From Candidatus Hydrogenedentota bacterium (GTDB lineage Bacteria > Hydrogenedentota > Hydrogenedentia > Hydrogenedentales > SLHB01): 64,000 nt of DNA. Below the pieces are notes generated by a model. It had not been told where the DNA came from, did no database searches, and saw only the letters and a program-made list of their open reading frames with translations. A program made the translations under genes and the position numbers. This document shows, in pieces, positions 18,812 to 28,345 of this stretch (position 1 is the first letter of the stretch; each line of letters starts with the position of its first letter). The DNA lies in contig CAXXYE010000009.1 of NCBI GenBank assembly GCA_963674865.2, positions 1,024,001-1,088,000 of the forward strand. Direction: 5' to 3'.

Positions 18812-21800
18812 CTATGCGGCCCCTTTACGATGGTTGGCTCTACGCCGCCCCTCCGCTACCGCAAGGGCCAGCATGACAAGCGCCGCGAGCAGGCTGTCGC
18901 CAAGGGACCCACCCGTAAGGAAGGGTAGGCCGACCGCCGCCGCCGCAGCGATTTTGCCAGCCCCGCGATGGCCCATGTCGGAGGAACTCATGTCGCTCTC
19001 ACAGCCGGTAGCGTCGCGGGCTACGACCCAATAGTAGTAATAATGGGCGGCCTGCCCGCCGCCGCTGCATCCGCCACCCGATGTTGCCGTCGGCGACTCT
19101 GCCGTGGTGTCGTCATACTGCGTGCCGGTGATCCAATCGCTTATCGATGTGGCGGAGCCGGCGGTGCCTGTATCGCTCCGATACACCTGGTATTCGGCGG
19201 CATCGCCGACTTCAGTCCAGGTCACCTGCACTTTGTCGGAGAAACTACCATCGGACGCCTGAACGCCGGCAGGCGCCTCCAGGTCGCAGGGGGCGGCAAT
19301 CGTGTTGGTGACTCGGTTTGTGTCGATGGAGGCCTCCACGTCGAAGACGATGGTTGCCTCGTTCGTGATGACGGTTCCGGGGGCCAGCCCCGCCTTGGGC
19401 GTTATGGTGAATGAGACGTGGCCTTCACCGCGCCCTGTGCCATCATTGGGGGGCAGGAAGCCGGCCAGCACGTCGGACGGCAGGTTATTCGTGGACGGCT
19501 CGAGCGTCTGGAAGGTCCAGGAGAGTTCGCCGGCGCCGTCGACGCCTACCTCGATGTCAACCCACCATAGCTTGTCCACGTCGGCGCGGTAGTCGGAGAT
19601 CGTCTGCCGCGTATTCAATGAGGAGCTTCCTGCCGCGATGGGAACGCTCTCATCGCCCCAGACGATCTCTGTCAGCTCGAGCGTGCTTACGTCCAGGTTC
19701 GTGTCAAGTTGGTCCGTAATAACCACCTCCTGGGCGGGCGCGGAAGCGGTGGGCACGTTCTCGAAATACACCGTGTAGTGGATCACTTCATCGGCCTGGA
19801 TGATGTGATCCGTTCCGTAGCCGGATGTTGCCTTCTCATTCGGATCGCCCGGCGCGACGACCTCGGGGATGATCTTCAAGTCAAAAAGGTTTCGGACGTC
19901 CTCGTTGAGGATCTCGTACACCGATGGGAACACCTCGATGGGCTTGCCGCCATTGGTATTCGGTGTCGGCGTGTTTTCCGGGGCCGGGTTGTTGTTTGGC
20001 GGATTGTTGTCCGGCGGATTATTGGGCTGCGGACTCGGGGGCGGCGGAGAATCGGTGGGGAATAGCTTGTCCCAGTTTGTGCCGGTGTCGATGTAGGTTA
20101 CGGGGACCCACGCCTCTTGCGTGCCTGCCGGATCGGTGAAGTTGATCGGGTCGTTGCCGACATAGGCATAGAGATTCAAGCCGCCCTGAATGTCAATTGT
20201 GTCGGGGGAGAGGAAGCGGCCGAGGGCGGGCGCGTAGTAGCGCGTGCGCATGAAGAGAAGGCCGTTCTCATCGGTGACGGTGCCCTCGGCGCCGCGGAAG
20301 CCGAAGGGATTTGCAATACCTTCCGTGGCCTGGCGAACCACGCCGAAAGGCGTGTACTGATACGTGTTAACCGCGGCGCCTGCGCCGTTCGTGATCAGGC
20401 GCGTGTTGCCGGGGCGGTCGAAGCCGTAGTAGTACGTGCCGCCGCCTGTGTCAACGCGCGCGACTAATCCCAGGCCGAACACGTGGTGGGCGACGAGTTC
20501 GCCGCTCGTGTTGTACTCACCGACGACGTTCACCAACATCGCGGGATCGTTGAGGAAGGCCGTCGTTTCGGTGCCTTTCGTCACGCTCGCGCGGTTGTCT
20601 AGGGCGTCGTACGCGTAGGCCCATGTGCCCGAGGCCGCGGCTACCTCCGTGAGCCTGTTCTGCGCGTCGTAGGCGTACGTTGCGGCGCCGTCGTCGACGA
20701 GGTTGCCGTCGTCGTCGTACACATGGGCGACGCCGTTCACATTGGTGTACTGGTTCAGGCTGTTGACGGTATACGTCTGGGCCGCGCCGTCGATGACGGC
20801 GTAGGTTCGATTGCCCAGGGCGTCATAGGTATAGGTGTCGACACTGGCGTCCGGATAGGTGACGCTCACAAGGCGGCCCGCGGCATCATAGTTGTAGTCG
20901 GTTTCACCCGTCAGGTCGCCTACAGCAACGCAGCGGCCCATTTCATCGTATTCGTAGGCGAGTTGGTCGAGGACTTGGGCATCGGGCGCGCAGTGCACGA
21001 TGTCCGTGACGCGGCCACTCAGGTCGTAGGCGTAGGTCGTGTACGTGCCGTTGCCTCGAGTCTCGGTGGCCACTCTGCCGACGGTATCGTAGGTGTACTC
21101 GACGAGCAAGGCGTTCGTCCCGTCTCGGAGTTGGCTTAACCGGCCCACGGCGTCGTAGACGTAGTTCACGTCCAAGCCGTCATCGGTGGTGATGCGTGAG
21201 CGTTTGCCCATGTCATCGTATTCGTAGGTGATTGTATGGCCGGACGGGTACTGGATCTGCGTGAGCCGATCCTGCTCATCGTAAGTCGCGGCGATGCTCG
21301 TGGCATCCTGCGTGAACTGTGTCGGCCGGCCCGTGGCGTCATAGGCGATGTCCACGGTGCGTTCGCCGACGATCTCTCGCTGCGTGATGGCGCCGCGCGT
21401 GTCTCGTGTCAGGTTGACCACGCCGCCCCGGCGGTTCGTGATCTGCTCGATAAGGCCGGAATCATCGCGCGTGAAGGCGCACGTCGAGCCGTCTGGATAC
21501 GTCTTCGAGACAAGGTTGCCTGTGTCGTCATACTCGTAGGTGCTGACGGCGTCGTTGGCGTCGCGTAGATGCTCGAGCAGACGCTTCTGCGGCATGAACT
21601 GGGTGAGTGCCTCGTTGCCGAGGGCGTCGTACAACGCCATAGGATTGCCGCTGTCGTCGTAATCGATCCCCTTGACGGTGCCGTCAGGCGCGACAAGTTG
21701 GCTGAGAAGTCCCGTGGAGGTGTTGTGGTACTCGGTTGTCTCGCCGAGAGGCCGGATAGCCTGGAGTAATAAGTCATCGCCATCCAAAGCGAACGATGTT

Positions 21801-24800
21801 TCAGCTCCGTCTGCGTTGGTGACTCGCACGACGCCCACCTGCGGATAGGCATAAGCGAGGGCTTCAGCCCCGCCGTCGCGGGAGTGCGAGGCCAGGTGTC
21901 CGGCGGTGTCGTAGGTGAAGGCGCGCTCTGTCCCGTCGGGGTAGTGCACCGCCTGAAGGGCGTTCCGGGCGGCCCCCGCCGTGGTGTCGTAGGCGTACGT
22001 AGTGGCCGCGGCTTCGGGTGGGTCTACAGAGGTCAACTGATCGCCCGCGTAAGTGTACGCGGTGGTACGCCCTGCATGATCTTGGAGGGCGCTGATGTAT
22101 CCGCTGCCATTGTACGTCAGAGAGAAGACATCGCCGTTCGTATGCGTGATGGTCGAAAGGTTGCCGGCGTTGTATGAGAGCGTCACGCCGATGCCGTCAC
22201 CGTCCATAATCGATACGAGCGCGCCGGACGCATCGAAGGTCTGGACTACCCGGCCGCGATCGGTGAGTCGATATCCGCCGGCAATCTCCTCGAAGGAGCC
22301 GAAATCGTGGCGATCGGACTGCCAGTCGCCCCGCGGCGAGAGCCGGAATCTGCGCACCATGCCTCCGGGAACGCTCACCTCCGCCACGCCCGTTTCCGGG
22401 AAGCTCAGAGCGTATTCATAGCTGTGGGTCCATCCCAGGCCAAAGGCGCCCGCTTCGGAACGCGTGTCAATGGTGTTCTTGAATTGCCGCTCGAAGACAA
22501 TCGGTATTTTCGGCACGGTGGTGTACGCGTCGACTATGGCCAATTGCGAAGAATGGGTGAGTGTGCTGGCTGCCGCATTCTGGAACTCGAGATCAAGAAA
22601 ACGGGCCAATTCGCGCTGGGGATTGCCCATGTCCGCCAGGTAGTCTGCGTCGTCCCGCATTCGATCTGCGAAGTCGGCCCACGTGGCGCCGAGATCCGCC
22701 GTGAGCTGATCCCAGATGATGTCCCAGGCGTCGGCATTAATCCCCGTGGGCGCCTCGGCTTTGCTCGGGTCGCCCCAATCGAAGGAAGTGTCGGTTTCCT
22801 CCACGATCGCCACGCGGTAATGGAGATTGTCATGAGCGCTTCCCTCGGGCATGAACTCAATGGGGATGCGCACCTCCGTGCTTGGCGGAAGCGTTGTAAC
22901 GGGCAGTGTGCTACGCGTGGCCAGAAGGTACAAGGGGCCTTGCCGGTAGGGCGACTCCGAAGAGGTCCGCATCATCAGCTCCTCTTCACTTTCGACCCGG
23001 ATGATAGGCGCCGGGAGATCGCTCCCGCCAACATTCTTGACGATAATCCAAAGCGTGTAGGTGCGGAGCGCCCTGACTGCCGAGGGCGCTTCCGCGCTCA
23101 GTTCGAAGACGCCGGGGTCAGCGCCCGTTATTTCGAATCCGCCGGTTATAGTCTCCTCGTGGCCATCGCCCCAAACCAGCACGACATCCGCCACTTGCGG
23201 GGCAAGGCCGGCCAGATCGAATTGCACCGTTAAGCCGAGTTGTCCCACGATCAGAGGATTGTAGCTGCCGAGAACCGCGCCGCCTGACGTACGCAGCTCG
23301 ACCACCACGCCGTCGTCCAGGCCCGCGGCCATGATATCCACGGTGGTGGCGCCGGAGTTGCTCCCCGTTCCCACGGTGAGGTTCGGCACGTAGCGGTTTA
23401 CGTCAACCACTTCCACGCGGAATCTCGGCGCGGCTTTGGTGAAGACCTCGTTGAGCACAGTGAAGTAATATGCGCCCGGCGTGGAAAGCGGCACGAGCAT
23501 CTCGTAGGTTTGGATGGCGTCCTGCGAGGGGCCTTGGCCTATCCAGTCGGTGTCGCCGGCCGATGGCGGCAACTTGTACTTGCCCAAGAGCGTCCATTCC
23601 CCTTCGGCGTCCAGCGGCGTCAGCCGGACGAGAACGATGTCGGTGTCCGGGCCCGCCCAGTCGAGCCGATAGACGTACTCCACGAAGGACTCGTGCTCGA
23701 GTTCGGAAGTCTCGCCGATCTCGATGGGGATTTCGCGCATCCACACGACGCTGCCGTCTTCGCCGCTTGTCCCTCCGGTGTTGCTTAGTCCGCCCGGGGC
23801 TTCCGCTGTGCCGGTGAAGGCCAATTCGCCGAAATGTATGGCGATGCGCCCTCCCCCGCCGCCGCCCGCTGTGCGGGAACAACTGGGACATCCTCCCCTG
23901 GCCCCCTTGGCGCAGATATAGCCGGCTCCATCAACGCCCCCGGCCGTGATGTACACGCTGCCTCCGGAACTGCCTCCCGCGCCGCCTGATACGCCGTTCA
24001 CGAGGATGTCGCCGTCGAGCGTGAGCGTGTCTTCAATATCAAGGCGCACGGCGCCGCCGCCTTTATCGCCGCTCGTGCCGCCCCCGCCGCTTCCCAGAGC
24101 CGTAGGTTCGAGGCGCGAGCCATAGGTTGGCCCAGGACTCGCTGCGTGAGCCCCCGTGCCTCCGAGGCCGCCATGGCTCGATCCGGCCAGCGGATCGCCC
24201 ACCCCCGGCCCCTCATTCGCAGAATAGCCGTTCTCGTTACCGTCGATGGTGCAGCCCTCGCCGAGATTCATGGCGCCGGCCTGGATATGAATCGTGCCCG
24301 TCGTCTCGTACAGCTCGACGGTTGTTGCCGACTCCGTGTCCGAGCGTGATAAGTCCCATGTGCCGGTGATGATCACCGGATTGGCTTCAGCCTCCACGAC
24401 AATGGCCGAGTCCACTGAGGTGATGTTGTGGAGGCTGGTGTTCTTCGTCAGGTCGTTAGCTTGGAACCACCAGCTGTGGCCAGTGTAGAGGTGGGGCTGG
24501 GCCGGATTGGAAATATCGAACAGGCCCACCGTGCCGCTCTGGAACTCGGTGGTGGCGCCCCCTTGGTTGCCGCCACCCGGCCTGGCCTCAACCGTCCCGG
24601 TGAAGCTGTTTGTCGTGTAATACACGGCCACACGGCCGCCCGCGCCGCCGGCATGGAAGGAGGTGCAGCTTGGGCAAGGCGTGCTGCCGCCGTTGGCTTG
24701 AATCATGCCTGTGCCGGCGAAAGTGGCCGTTGTGATGTAGACGCTGCCGCCGGCGCCGGCAGTGTGAGACGCGGCATTCGTCGTGATGTTCCCGTCAACC

Positions 24801-26059
24801 GTGAGTGTGCCTGAGACATCCAGCCGGATGGCGCCGCCGCCCGCGCCGCCGTCGCCTCCGCTGCCCAGAGTGGTCGGCATTGTGGCGGAACCGTAAGGTT
24901 CGCCCGGTATTCCGCTGACGCCCCATCCACCTCGTCCGCCGTGGCCGGCGCCGCATGCGCCTTCCGTCGGCGCCCCAGGCCCTTCGTTGGTCGTGTACCC
25001 TCTACTGTCTGCGTCGATGGTGCAGCCTTCGCCTAGGCTCAACGTGCCGGCGGAGACCGTCAGCGTTCCGGCGTCGTCATAGAGCCAGAGCGTGGATATG
25101 GCCGGATCTTCGGTGCGGGAAATCGTGAAGGCGTCCGTGACAACGATTTCGACGCCGTTTTCAGCGATTAGCTCACTATCTTCAGCGGTAATGCTGTAAT
25201 AAGTGATGGCGTCCTTGTCCACATCGCTGGCCTGAAAACGCCAGGAGTCGCCGGTGTAGAGATGTACTTGGGCCGGATTGGACACGTCGAACAGGCCCAC
25301 CGTGCCAGTCTGGAACTCGGTGGTGGCGCCCCCTTGGTTGCCTGCGCCCGGCTTGGCCTCGATGGTTCCGGTGAAGCTGTTGGACGTGTAGTACACCGCC
25401 ACCCGGCCGCCGGCCCCACCGGTATGCAAAGCGGTGCAGCTTGGACAGGGCGTGCTCCCGCCATTAGCTTGGATGGCGCCCGTGCCTGCAAATGCGGCCG
25501 TCGTGATGTATACGCTGCCCCCGGAGCCGGCGGTAAAAGACAAGGCACTTGCGGTGATGTCCCCGTCAACCGTAAGCGTACCGGCGACGTCCAGCCGGAT
25601 GGCCCCGCCGCCGGCGCCGCTCGAACCGCCGCTCCCCAACGTCGTGGGCATTGTGGCGGAGCCGTAAGGTTCTCCCGGTGTTCCGCTGTAGCCTTGTCCG
25701 CCTCGTCCGCCGTGGCCGGCGCCGCACGAGCTATTCGTAGTGGCGCCCGGCCCCTCGTCGGCCTCATAGCCCTGATCATCGGCCGAGATGACGCCGCCGT
25801 CCTCGACGGTGATGCTTGTGGCCGTGATAGTCACGCCCGTGCCCGCGGCGGTGTCGCCCTCGAGCGTCAGCGTCGCGCCGTCGCGCACCCAGACGTTCTC
25901 GTAGGAATAGGCGCCCGGCGTGAGCGACGCGTCCCCCGTAACATCGAGATCCGCAGCATACGCGGGCCGGATGGTTGTCGCCCAAATCAGGGCGGGCAGA
26001 AGAAGCACTCGAGACACAAGCAGAAGACGCCCAGCCGTTACTTCAATCCCTCGTGACAT
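18812..26059 (-). CDS. Large exported RHS/YD-repeat protein with glycine-rich repeats, DPNEK-type domain, FnIII-like domain and C-terminal membrane anchor (2415 aa)
   Basis: Start reassigned to ATG 26059 (GGGAGGGGAG RBS, signal peptide ..PAYA). Three Gly-rich repeats, FGLGWTHSYE (DUF6531-like), many YD repeats, RHS core RYYAPALGRFLSPD..GGLNLYAYVGNDPINFTDPAG, DPNEK, GFLPPN..GEGHVSF, terminal hydrophobic helix plus RRR. Confidence 0.9.
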   Translation of the reverse strand: MSRGIEVTAGRLLLVSRVLLLPALIWATTIRPAYAADLDVTGDASLTPGAYSYENVWVRDGATLTLEGDTAAGTGVTITATSITVEDGGVISADDQGYEADEGPGATTNSSCGAGHGGRGGQGYSGTPGEPYGSATMPTTLGSGGSSGAGGGAIRLDVAGTLTVDGDITASALSFTAGSGGSVYITTAAFAGTGAIQANGGSTPCPSCTALHTGGAGGRVAVYYTSNSFTGTIEAKPGAGNQGGATTEFQTGTVGLFDVSNPAQVHLYTGDSWRFQASDVDKDAITYYSITAEDSELIAENGVEIVVTDAFTISRTEDPAISTLWLYDDAGTLTVSAGTLSLGEGCTIDADSRGYTTNEGPGAPTEGACGAGHGGRGGWGVSGIPGEPYGSATMPTTLGSGGDGGAGGGAIRLDVSGTLTVDGNITTNAASHTAGAGGSVYITTATFAGTGMIQANGGSTPCPSCTSFHAGGAGGRVAVYYTTNSFTGTVEARPGGGNQGGATTEFQSGTVGLFDISNPAQPHLYTGHSWWFQANDLTKNTSLHNITSVDSAIVVEAEANPVIITGTWDLSRSDTESATTVELYETTGTIHIQAGAMNLGEGCTIDGNENGYSANEGPGVGDPLAGSSHGGLGGTGAHAASPGPTYGSRLEPTALGSGGGGTSGDKGGGAVRLDIEDTLTLDGDILVNGVSGGAGGSSGGSVYITAGGVDGAGYICAKGARGGCPSCSRTAGGGGGGRIAIHFGELAFTGTAEAPGGLSNTGGTSGEDGSVVWMREIPIEIGETSELEHESFVEYVYRLDWAGPDTDIVLVRLTPLDAEGEWTLLGKYKLPPSAGDTDWIGQGPSQDAIQTYEMLVPLSTPGAYYFTVLNEVFTKAAPRFRVEVVDVNRYVPNLTVGTGSNSGATTVDIMAAGLDDGVVVELRTSGGAVLGSYNPLIVGQLGLTVQFDLAGLAPQVADVVLVWGDGHEETITGGFEITGADPGVFELSAEAPSAVRALRTYTLWIIVKNVGGSDLPAPIIRVESEEELMMRTSSESPYRQGPLYLLATRSTLPVTTLPPSTEVRIPIEFMPEGSAHDNLHYRVAIVEETDTSFDWGDPSKAEAPTGINADAWDIIWDQLTADLGATWADFADRMRDDADYLADMGNPQRELARFLDLEFQNAAASTLTHSSQLAIVDAYTTVPKIPIVFERQFKNTIDTRSEAGAFGLGWTHSYEYALSFPETGVAEVSVPGGMVRRFRLSPRGDWQSDRHDFGSFEEIAGGYRLTDRGRVVQTFDASGALVSIMDGDGIGVTLSYNAGNLSTITHTNGDVFSLTYNGSGYISALQDHAGRTTAYTYAGDQLTSVDPPEAAATTYAYDTTAGAARNALQAVHYPDGTERAFTYDTAGHLASHSRDGGAEALAYAYPQVGVVRVTNADGAETSFALDGDDLLLQAIRPLGETTEYHNTSTGLLSQLVAPDGTVKGIDYDDSGNPMALYDALGNEALTQFMPQKRLLEHLRDANDAVSTYEYDDTGNLVSKTYPDGSTCAFTRDDSGLIEQITNRRGGVVNLTRDTRGAITQREIVGERTVDIAYDATGRPTQFTQDATSIAATYDEQDRLTQIQYPSGHTITYEYDDMGKRSRITTDDGLDVNYVYDAVGRLSQLRDGTNALLVEYTYDTVGRVATETRGNGTYTTYAYDLSGRVTDIVHCAPDAQVLDQLAYEYDEMGRCVAVGDLTGETDYNYDAAGRLVSVTYPDASVDTYTYDALGNRTYAVIDGAAQTYTVNSLNQYTNVNGVAHVYDDDGNLVDDGAATYAYDAQNRLTEVAAASGTWAYAYDALDNRASVTKGTETTAFLNDPAMLVNVVGEYNTSGELVAHHVFGLGLVARVDTGGGTYYYGFDRPGNTRLITNGAGAAVNTYQYTPFGVVRQATEGIANPFGFRGAEGTVTDENGLLFMRTRYYAPALGRFLSPDTIDIQGGLNLYAYVGNDPINFTDPAGTQEAWVPVTYIDTGTNWDKLFPTDSPPPPSPQPNNPPDNNPPNNNPAPENTPTPNTNGGKPIEVFPSVYEILNEDVRNLFDLKIIPEVVAPGDPNEKATSGYGTDHIIQADEVIHYTVYFENVPTASAPAQEVVITDQLDTNLDVSTLELTEIVWGDESVPIAAGSSSLNTRQTISDYRADVDKLWWVDIEVGVDGAGELSWTFQTLEPSTNNLPSDVLAGFLPPNDGTGRGEGHVSFTITPKAGLAPGTVITNEATIVFDVEASIDTNRVTNTIAAPCDLEAPAGVQASDGSFSDKVQVTWTEVGDAAEYQVYRSDTGTAGSATSISDWITGTQYDDTTAESPTATSGGGCSGGGQAAHYYYYWVVARDATGCESDMSSSDMGHRGAGKIAAAAAVGLPFLTGGSLGDSLLAALVMLALAVAEGRRRANHRKGAA
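23760..25800 (-). repeat. Three intragenic glycine-rich repeat units in the RHS gene
   Basis: Units at about 25260-25800, 24470-25030 and 23760-24260 (boundaries approximate). The first two share long near-identical DNA, e.g. acaggcccaccgtgcc..tctggaactcggtggtggcgcccccttggttgcc. Confidence 0.85.
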
Positions 26060-26461
26060 GGCACTCCCCTCCCTATACGATAATGGCGTAGTTAGGAGAG
26101 CACGACCCCCTGCCGAGCTAGATTTCGAGCCAGCCAAGATCCCAGGAACGCCACAGCCTTGAGAACGCAACTCCAAGATACAGCGGAATCGGCTGCTTGT
26201 CAATGGGCTGGACGGCATTATTAGGACGATCCATGCCCGCCGGCATCGGGAGCACTCCCCAGCCATTTGACTCCTGGACACGCCCGTCGGAGGCCTGTCC
26301 CTGGGAGCTGGCGTGGCCAGTGTTCGCTGCTGGATGGCTTTCTTGGATTTGAAACTGTCCTGCCGGATCCGGATATTGACACCGGGGACGCGCGCCCTCT
26401 GCGGGCGGGTGGCCCGGTGTGCTCTCGTTAGCCGTTCCCGGCGGTGTAGGAGGTCGGATTC

Positions 26462-27121
26462 TTGACTCGCGCAGAACTTGCAGGCCTGATCGATCATACG
26501 CTTGTAAAAGCGTATGCCACCCAGGTGGATATCACCGAACTTTGTGACGAGGCCGTGCAGAACGGATTCGCGTCGGTTTCGATAAATCCGGCTTGGACGT
26601 CTTACTGCGCCAAACGGCTTGCAGGCACGTCCGTGCGCGTCAATCCCACAATAGGATTTCCGCTTGGAGCGAATGCCGCCCACATCAAGGTGGAAGAGGC
26701 CCGTGATGCGGTGCGCAACGGTGCCGCCGAGGTCGATATGGTTATCAACATCGGGGCGCTGAAGTCGGGTTTCCCGAGGTTTGTGGAGCAAGAGATCGGT
26801 GCCGTGGTTCGGGCGGTGCCGGGGGTGCCCGTAAAGGTCATTCTCGAAACGGGCTATCTCAACACGGAGGAGAAGATAACGGTTTGCGAGATGAGCGTTC
26901 GGGCCGGCGCGGCCTTCGTAAAGACTTGCACCGGTTTCGGGCACTCGGGCGCCACCGTGGAGGATGTGACTTTGATGCGCCGGGTGGTCGGGGCCAAGTT
27001 TGGCGTGAAGGCGGCCGGAGGGATTCGCACCTACGGCGATGTCAGGGCGCTGCTTGAGGCGGGCGCGAATCGCATCGGAACCAGTGCCGGTGTGGACATC
27101 TTGGCGGACTTGCCCGCGTGA
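26462..27121 (+). CDS. deoC: Deoxyribose-phosphate aldolase
   Basis: IDHTL, IGFPLGAN, GAAEVDMVINIGALKSG, VKVILETGYL, FVKTCTGF, GVKAAGGIR, GANRIGTSAG. AGGAGG RBS before the TTG start. Confidence 0.97.
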   Translation: MTRAELAGLIDHTLVKAYATQVDITELCDEAVQNGFASVSINPAWTSYCAKRLAGTSVRVNPTIGFPLGANAAHIKVEEARDAVRNGAAEVDMVINIGALKSGFPRFVEQEIGAVVRAVPGVPVKVILETGYLNTEEKITVCEMSVRAGAAFVKTCTGFGHSGATVEDVTLMRRVVGAKFGVKAAGGIRTYGDVRALLEAGANRIGTSAGVDILADLPA

Positions 27122-27154
27122 GGTTGGTAGGGCTGGCGGGTCGCCGAGCGCCTA

Positions 27155-28156
27155 TCAGGAAGTGTCTTCAGGAGTGCCTAGGATCTGGATAAACAGGCGG
27201 AAGACGTCCTGATCTATGTCGTCCGCCATCTCGGCTCTCATCACCTTCAATGCGTCGAAGGAACTCAACGCTTCTTTGTACACCCGGCGCGTTGTCAATG
27301 CATCGAAGATATCACTGATTGTGACGATGCGCACCAATGGGGAAATCCGTGTCTTTGTCAGGCGGTCGGGATATCCGCGGCCGCTCAGTTTCTCGTGGTG
27401 ATGGCGCACCGCGTCGAGGCCGATGTCGGCCAGGCCGCCCGGCACATCCAATAGCTCGTGGCCATAGATGGGGTGCCGCTTGAGTATGCTCCATTGGCGG
27501 TCCGTCAGCTTGCCCTTGGCGTTCACAATGGCCGGATCGATGACGCTTTTTCCAATATCGTGCAGTAGCGCGCCTTGGCCGAAATCATTGAGAAGGCGCC
27601 GGTCGTTATAGCCGGCGCGCTGGGCCAGGGCCACGCTGAAGAAGAACACGTTCACGCTATGCGTATAAGTATAGTAATCGTAGGAGGTTACCTTCATCAG
27701 GTGGTGAAAGGCGTTCTTCTGGTCGGCCATGAAGTTGACCGTGCTATTCACCAGGTCCTTGCTTCGCCTGATACCGCTTCCTCGTTCCGGATCCTCGACC
27801 ATTTCCCGCAGCAGGATGTTGGCAGTCGAATACAACAGCTCCGTCTTCTCTTCCATCGGAACCGTCGTGTCCTCGAGAATTGTCCCGAGATTCTCCTCGA
27901 CGTAGTGCTGGTACTCCCGCTCCTGTCTTGTGTCTATGTAGAGCTGGACAACACCGCTGTCCTCGAGTCGCTGCCGTACGCCCTCCGTAAAAGGGAGGTT
28001 GCGCTCGCGGTAGAGGACGGGCTCCTGGCCGTTGTCCGGCTTTAGGAAAAGGTCGAAGGCGGTGAGTGTGTCTGCACGCAGCGAAGTGGTCCGGATCGGC
28101 ACAAAAGTGCGCGGCTTCTCCAGATCTGCGGCGTGGCTTTCGCTGATTTCCGGCAC
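27155..28156 (-). CDS. HD-GYP domain protein (putative cyclic-dinucleotide phosphodiesterase)
   Basis: DYYTYTHSVNV, GALLHDIGK, HHHEKLSGRGYP, DIFDALTTRRVYK. Start uncertain; GTG 28156 preferred. Confidence 0.9.
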   Translation of the reverse strand: MPEISESHAADLEKPRTFVPIRTTSLRADTLTAFDLFLKPDNGQEPVLYRERNLPFTEGVRQRLEDSGVVQLYIDTRQEREYQHYVEENLGTILEDTTVPMEEKTELLYSTANILLREMVEDPERGSGIRRSKDLVNSTVNFMADQKNAFHHLMKVTSYDYYTYTHSVNVFFFSVALAQRAGYNDRRLLNDFGQGALLHDIGKSVIDPAIVNAKGKLTDRQWSILKRHPIYGHELLDVPGGLADIGLDAVRHHHEKLSGRGYPDRLTKTRISPLVRIVTISDIFDALTTRRVYKEALSSFDALKVMRAEMADDIDQDVFRLFIQILGTPEDTS

Positions 28157-28345
28157 GCGTGATGCCCCTTGCGTTGGAACGGGTCGATGATACCATCGAC
28201 CCCGCACCCATTCAACCGTGTTGCGGCATGCGCGCGCGAGCTGCTTGATGAAAACGGCGTTTCCGTTGAAGCGCTCGTGCTTGAGTCCGTAACGTTTTGG
28301 GGGGCAATGAGGTAGTATTTCCTTGATGGTGAAAGGTAATCATAC

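Noticed and set aside
20300..22300. CRISPR-like periodicity
   Set aside because: The periodic gtcgtag/gtagtc motifs are coding YD repeats, not identical repeats with spacers.
26060..26944. 295-codon N-terminal extension of the 2710-aa RHS ORF
   Set aside because: It is antisense to deoC and crosses the intergenic region. The RBS and signal peptide are at ATG 26059.
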